A DNA stretch of 64,000 nt, taken from assembly GCF_009914755.1 (NCBI RefSeq), contig NC_060935.1. One strand, given 5' to 3'. Shown in pieces: positions 57,170 to 64,000 of the stretch (its first letter is position 1; the number at the start of each line of letters is the position of its first letter). The stretch comes from the human T2T-CHM13v2.0 reference genome, Homo sapiens. Under the pieces are notes generated by a model, which ran no database searches, was not told the DNA's origin, and was given only the letters and a program-made list of their open reading frames with translations. A program made the position numbers and the translations under genes.

Positions 57170-58588
57170 TTAAGTGTAGTTTCCTAATTTTGGTATTTGC
57201 TGAATAGGCATTTATCACACTATACACTTCCAAGACTTAACATTGGAAAGTGGCATAGTGTAAAGGGTTTGTTAAAATAAGAACCACCATTAGACTGATG
57301 AATTTCCTTTTTAACTTTGCAAACTTGATAAAACATTTAACCATGTTGTGACTCAGTTTTGTTCTTTGTAAGATAAAATAATAATACTTGCCTTGTCTGA
57401 CATCACAGCATTGTGGTGTTGAAAAAAATGAGAAAATAAATGTTAAATAAATGTTTTGATAACAATGTTATCAAAATTGCTAAAGGGTACAAAACCACGT
57501 ATCAGTTGAGGTCTTTAGAGTACATTAAACAAAAATCAAATTCTATATTTAGCAAGAGGATATATTTTGAAGCATTTTACAGAATCAAAGGAAGGCGTTG
57601 CAATGAAGGAGATACGTAAAAGGAGTGAGTTGTCTTGGTTTTTATCCTCACCCAAATTCTGATAATGGAGCTTTCTTATCTATATCACTACCACCTTTTT
57701 GATGACTTCATCTTTAGTTGCAGGGATATTAACAATAACCATGTTTTCAGCCATTGAAAATAGGGTCATCTACACTGGGCAGTTTGAATGGGATTCAGCA
57801 AATTCTTGGGCCATGGCTATGCATGACTTCTTTGGAAAATCCATAGGTAACATGTGAGCAGTTATGGAAAGCCACTGGTGAGGACCACTCAGCACAGAGA
57901 AGATCAGTTCACATGATTGCAGCAGAGGCAGTTATTCTTAGAAAGGCAGTTAATGGTCTGCAAAGAGTCGGACATTTATTTGGCACCCACCTTGCTCTCG
58001 TCTCTGACAGTGATAGTGTTGGTGTCTCTTGATGCTGATGCTGCTCCTCATTATGTGTTCCTCAGAGGCCTATTCCCTCATCTCTAGTTTCACAACAAAG
58101 ACCTCTTCCAAGTTCAAGCCCTATCCAACTTTTGAACTCTATTTCTAGCCAAGATGACCTTCAATTGTTATGGCATAGCATCTGTGATCTTCCTCTTTCA
58201 GGGCCTGAACTTGTAATTTGCAAAAGCCTTCTTGTTTATAAAGAAAACATAGCTTATGAGAATCAACAGTTTTGGTTTAAATAGCATTTTTTAAAATATT
58301 GTGGTATTTCAAGAGTATGTTTTTAAAGTAAATAGTAAGCCAACTATATTTCTTTCCATTTCTGATTTACAGTTTATAATTTTCTTTTAGATAATGACAC
58401 TGACTATAATGATCATGAGCAAGAATATAGAGAAAACAAAAATAGAACAAAATATAACAATTCTTTCAAGATATTATCTCTCTATAGGCTAAACAAGTAG
58501 AGAATTCTTAGATAACTTCACTGAACTCTTTCACATTTCATATGCAGTTAAGGCTTCCACTGCACATCCTTCTGATACAACCTATACT

Positions 58589-58761
58589 TAGGACCAGATG
58601 CATAATTTGTGGGACTCAGAACAAAATGAAAATGCAGAGCCTCTTGTTAAAAAAATTATGTAGTGCTCTGTGAGGACCCATCATCAAACCAACTGAGAGG
58701 CCTTTTTAAGCATGATGCCCTGTGACATTGCACAAGTTGCATGTGCATAAAATCTGCCCTG
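58589..58761 (-). mobile_element. MER45A-like hAT MITE
   Basis: AGGACCAGATGCATAATTTGTGGG...AAAATGAAAATGC...GCCCTGTGACATTGCACA...GCCCTG. Confidence 0.7.
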
Positions 58762-58849
58762 CATACACTTTAAAAACAAGTCAAGGCCCGATTGACCTAT
58801 AGGTTCATTCAATGGAACACCAGATTTGTAAAGCACACTTAGTCAGAGA

Positions 58850-60480
58850 ATGATATGTGTTGATAAAGTCATTCTTTCCTATTCCAGGGTACAATAAAGA
58901 TTACATTTCCCTCACTTGAACCCGGGAGGTGGAGGTTGCAATGAGCTGAGATTGCACCATTGCACTCCAACCTGGGTGACAGAGCAAGACTCTGACAAAA
59001 AACAAACAAACAAACAAAAAAAACAAAACATTTCCTATCCACCCTTGAAGTCAGGAATTGCCATATACATCTGCTGCATGAGACTTCACTCTTTACCTGT
59101 CAATCAACCAGATTTAAATAACCCAGGAGATAATTCCATAGTCCTAGGGGATAGTGGAGCTACAAAATGGAATAGGTCTAGATTCCTGAATCATCACATG
59201 GAAGACTGCCTGCCAAGTACCACATTGAATTGTCAGAAGAAGGAGAAATAAAATTCTTACGTTAAGCCACTGAAATTTGGGGGTTGTTATAATAACGTTT
59301 GCCATACCTTGATTGTATCTGTCAGGACTAGGCTATGTTACAGTAACAAACACTAAAATATCACTATGCTTATCGTAACAAAAGTTTATTTCTTGTTCGT
59401 GGTAGGTTATTGAGAAAACCCTACCCATCCAAGCTACTCAGGGAGCTAAACTGATAAAAACACTGTCTTGATTTATGCTTCCATGATTACCATGACAGTG
59501 AGAAAGAACTATGGTAAATCATATTGGCGTTTAGTATTTTTGTGTATATGTGATATATTACTTCTACATAGATTTCAGAGATCAAAGCAAGTCATAAGAT
59601 CATACCTATCTTTAAAAAGAGCGGAGAAGTGCCAAGAAAGAGGAAAGCCAGAAACATTTGTTAGATGACAGTAACAACTACCACATGAATATAGATGTTG
59701 GTGCTTAGAATGAAGATGCTGCATGCAGAAACTTAAAATATGTTGTATAGAATTAGTGGTCATGCAACAGGCAGCAAAGAAACAGATTAGTAGGTTGATT
59801 ATCTAGAGATTTTTAACATGCCTTGTTAAAATATTCAGTGATACTTCCCAATGAGAAGTAGAAGAGAGACCATTAACCTAGTAAGAATCTAACTCTATGG
59901 AAAATAGCTAGAGGCAGAGTGATAGTGTGTATTGGCTACAGTTGTCTGCCTTTAGCAAGATTTACAAGAAAAATATGAGCTCTGATGAGAGCTGGTTAAT
60001 CTTCCAGAAAGAATAGAAGGATACTGAGGAATCCTAGAGATCAAGGGTCTCTCAGGTTTAGAGAGGCTGACTGCTCCTAGTTTCTAAGTAATAAGAGATA
60101 AGACTGAAAAAAAGTTGTAAGTGATAAAGGCACTGAAAGATCTCTCAGTTAATAAAAGTGATAGAATCTTTGGGTAAAGCTCAGACTAAGGGTTTTAACC
60201 TTGCCGTTTAAACCTATTGTTTCATATAGCCTCAGGATACCCATCAAGTTGAGAGAGGGGGACTTGGGTATGAGTAAGCAAAAAGATCATTCTTTGGAAT
60301 CATATATAGGAAATAACTAGAATATGGAATTTAGAATATGGAACTAAAAGCAAATACATTCGAAAGCCTACTAAGTTTGGAAAATAATTTTATTGTTAAA
60401 TAAACCATGTGCCTGGACCAAAAAACACTGATTTTTTGAGCCTTAAAACAACTATCAAGCTCCCAGAGTTTCCCCAGAAG
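58850..60480. mobile_element. Patchwork of MLT1 LTR and MaLR internal remnants
   Basis: GTTAAGCCACTGAAATTTGGGGGTTGTT (LTR 3' end), TGTATCTGTCAGGACTAGGCTATGTTACAGTAACAAA (antisense LTR), then internal-like sequence. Confidence 0.55.
58911..59027 (+). mobile_element. 5'-truncated Alu (end of right arm only) inserted in an MLT1 LTR
   Basis: CACTTGAACCCGGGAGGTGGAGGTTGCA...(CAAA)n tail; TSD ACATTTCC. Confidence 0.85.
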
Positions 60481-61706
60481 GAAGCTCAAATAACTTAAAT
60501 TTTTAGTTTGTAGGTTGCTGAACCATCAGGAGCTATATTTCAACCCGATGGAAGCAACTGCATCACATGGATACCTTAGAGATTCCTCTCTTTTCTCTGA
60601 CAAAGGACTTCCCCAAACGTGTCTTCATTGACTTCACAGCCCCATTCCTGACAAGAACACTAGACACAGCATAGGAATAATTTCCAGTAGTTTCAGTGAA
60701 TGTGTTCCTTAAAGGTGTAAAATCTCAAATTTCGTATTTGATTAGATATCTTTAGGGATTAAAGGTGCCAAGCCAATGCTTGAAAAATGAGAATTGTAAC
60801 CTGATCTCTTTTACTTTAAATTTATCCTGAGCTACCCTGCTGAGTAGGTTGACACTGCCTAATTTTTGATGTTCTATTCTCATAGCAACAAGCTGTGATG
60901 TCAGAGAGTTATTTTATCACAGAATCTATCCAAAAAGATGCCAGGCTGTGAAGCAGAAAGTTCTGATTTAATTGCATGTTATTCAACAATCATTTTATGT
61001 AAATAAAAATGGAGATGGAAAAAAAGACTCAACAATTTATGTGAACATCTTTATTAATAGTTGCCATGGTGTAAAAAGCTTTCCCTTCAGCATTTACATC
61101 AGTGGGTACGTATTTCTTTTTAAATGACATTAAAGGACATTCAGGCAAGACTACTTCCTGCAAATAACAGATAAGCTAGATAATGCACACAGTAAAGAAA
61201 GCAACTTCAAACCATCTAAATGTATAACTAGCATCATCATAGAGGAAAAGATTAACTAGTAATGTGATTTGAAATTGTTTATATTAAGGGCCTTAACACA
61301 GTTTTACTAGCATACTTTTTTATCCTGAATGGCAAAATTAAAAGCAATATCTTTACCAGACAAGTAATTATCACATAATCTGGTGTAAGTGCAACAAATT
61401 TCATTAAGACAGCATTACATAAAGCAGCTTTACAAACCTGCAAGCCTTTTGGGCCTGGTAGACCATGTAAATTAGTGAAATGGCCTGGGTGTAAGACAAC
61501 GGGGTAGGTGGGTACCATGGCTGAAGCCAAGTGCATGCCCTATCTGCAGAAGTCTGGATGGGTTAGATTAGGCCAGAGCAACAAAGAAGCCAAAGAAGCT
61601 CAGTTGTTGAGGACAACACAATTTTCTTGCTTGTTCATACTACCTGTTAAAGGTCAGCTGGAGACTCTGTTCTTTGTCATTAGTGCAGCCACTGTCTAGA
61701 ACACTA

Positions 61707-62125
<419 letters not shown>

Positions 62126-63209
62126 TTAGAAAGTGTGGTAGTTACTAGGGTTACTCTCAAATATTCTATAACTCACCTTTTGTGTACAAGGTATGGTTTC
62201 ACTTACCTGCCCACTTGCAGTAAGATGTGACCATGTGGTTTGCTTGGCCAATGAAAGGTAAATGGAAGTGATGTGCAGAAACTTTGGGAGCCAGTATCTA
62301 CTTTTTCACATGTTCTCTTTTCCCTCAATACCAGTAAGATGTACGGTCAAAAAGCAATGTGACTACTTAAGAGAATTCTTACATAAGGTAACTATAACCA
62401 CAGCTCAAGAACTAGAAACAATTTTTACTAAAAAGTACTTGTACAGCATCACAAAGCTATACTTTTAAGAATATATATATATATATATATATTCCTCCCA
62501 AGACTGGTATTCTTTTTATTTTAAAAGATAACAGTTTTAATAACAGTTTGAATACAGTCTTTGCTGTATTTCCTGCAATCCTTGCTATTAATACTTAAAT
62601 GTATTTAAAAGTGACTTTGATATGTAATTTTTAAAACATAATGAAGCACTAACATTCAAATAAATGATATTTATTATCTGATAGAAAAGTTAAGATTTAA
62701 ACTATTTAAATATACTGTCTGGATGTTCTCATAATGAAACACAGAAATATTATTTGCAAGAAGGAATGCTACCCCTTGATTTTGTTATCTTCTAATGATT
62801 GTTTCTTGTTCTCTTGTTAGAGGAGACAGGTGAAAATCATGCCCACATTATCACATTTCTGGGTATTCTCCCACTTCTTCAATGATAACATCATAGGACA
62901 TCATTGGGGGAGGGGGTGACAAGAGTGCAGATATAAAAAATATCTTCAGCTACATGTTAGAAACCAATGAAGACTAACACCCTTGCTTACATATCTCCTT
63001 CCTCTTTCCCTGTATATTTTCAGTGCAATTGACTGCAGGAAGAATTGGCTCCCTGCTAGACCCAGAAGGAACAGTTAGCAATTACTGACTGATTTAGAAA
63101 GAGAGTCAGAAGAAATAGAATTCCTTTTATTCCACAAAGAGTCATAAAAATGTGTAAAGGTAAATATATTTAAGTATTTGAGGTAAATATCAGATTTCAG
63201 TGTAGAGAA

Positions 63210-63550
63210 TCGTCTTTGTTTGTTTGGGCTGCTACAATAAAATATCTTGGACTGGGTAATTTGTAAATAATAGAAACTTATTGCTCACAGTTATGGAGGC
63301 TGGGAAATCCAAGATCAAAGCAACAGCAGATTTGGTATCTGGTGGGAGCCTGTTCCTCCTAGGTGATGCCTTCTATATGTCCTCATATAATGGAAGGGGT
63401 GAACAAGCTCTATTGGTCCTCTTTTACAGGGGCACTAATTTGATTCATGAGGGCTCCATCCTCAAGACCTAATCACCTTCCAAAGCCCTACCTTTTAATA
63501 ATATCACGATAGGGATTAAGTTTCAACATATAAATTTGAAGGAATATTAA
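63210..63550 (-). mobile_element. MLT1A/MST-type MaLR LTR
   Basis: TTTGGGCTGCTACAATAAAATA...GGAGGCTGGGAAATCCAAGATCAA...CTAATCACCTTCCAAAGCCC. Confidence 0.8.
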
Positions 63551-63556
63551 ATGATC

Positions 63557-64000
63557 TGTATTACTCAGGGCTCTCCAGAGAAACAGAATCAACAGGGTAT
63601 AAATAAATATTTAAGAGGATATTTGTTATGGGAATTTCCTCACCCAATTATGGAGGCCAAGAAGTCCCAAGTTATGCTGTCTGCAAGTTGGAAAACCAGG
63701 AAAGCTGGTGGTGTAATTCAGCCTGAGTCTCAAGACCTTGGAACATGGTGTGCTGCTGGTATAAATTCTGAAGTCAAAAGGTCCCAAAGCTAGGAGTTCT
63801 GATTTTCCAGAGCAGAAGATGGATGGCCCACCACCAGAAGATAGCAAGTTCACCCTTCCTTGCCTTTTTGTTCTATTTGAGTCCTCAAGGGATTGGATGA
63901 TGCCTGCCCACATTGATGAGGGCTATCTTCTTACCCAGTCTATTGATTCAAATACTAATCTTTTCCTGAAACACCCTCACAAATACACCCAGAAATAATG
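63557..64000 (-). mobile_element. MLT2-family (ERVL) LTR, running off the window end
   Basis: TGTATTACTCAGGGCTCTCCAGAGAAACAGAA...GATTGGATGATGCCTGCCCACATTG...ACACCCTCACAAATACACCCAGAAATAATG. Confidence 0.8.

Overview
Human (primate) genomic DNA, AT-rich and dense in Alu, L1, L2, MIR, MER and MLT repeats. The window holds the complete DCUN1D5 gene (DCN1-like protein 5, a cullin neddylation co-E3) on the minus strand. I traced eight GT-AG coding exons (ATG at 51599, TAG ending at 22086; 714 nt, 237 aa). The gene has a CpG-island promoter at about 51.1-52.1 kb, a proximal AATAAA at 21834-21839 and a probable distal, L2-derived poly(A) cluster at about 10.44-10.48 kb, which would give an approximately 11.6-kb 3' UTR. 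From memory the locus is 11q22, between MMP13 and DYNC2H1; neither neighbour is in the window. A disabled RPL21 processed pseudogene lies on the + strand at about 4.9-5.7 kb. The rest is interspersed repeats and unique non-coding DNA, and nearly all ORF-track entries are Alu/L1/LTR-derived or chance ORFs. I found no clearly new biological system. The best leads are: (1) exons 2-4 total 255 nt and would form a stop-free circular reading frame if back-spliced; (2) exon 4 skipping creates an immediate stop; (3) the 5' leader is AUG-free and open in frame; (4) alternative polyadenylation using an L2 element; (5) a cluster of templated-insertion and duplication scars in the old L1 of intron 4. Repeat subfamily names come from recognising consensus motifs, not from a RepeatMasker run.
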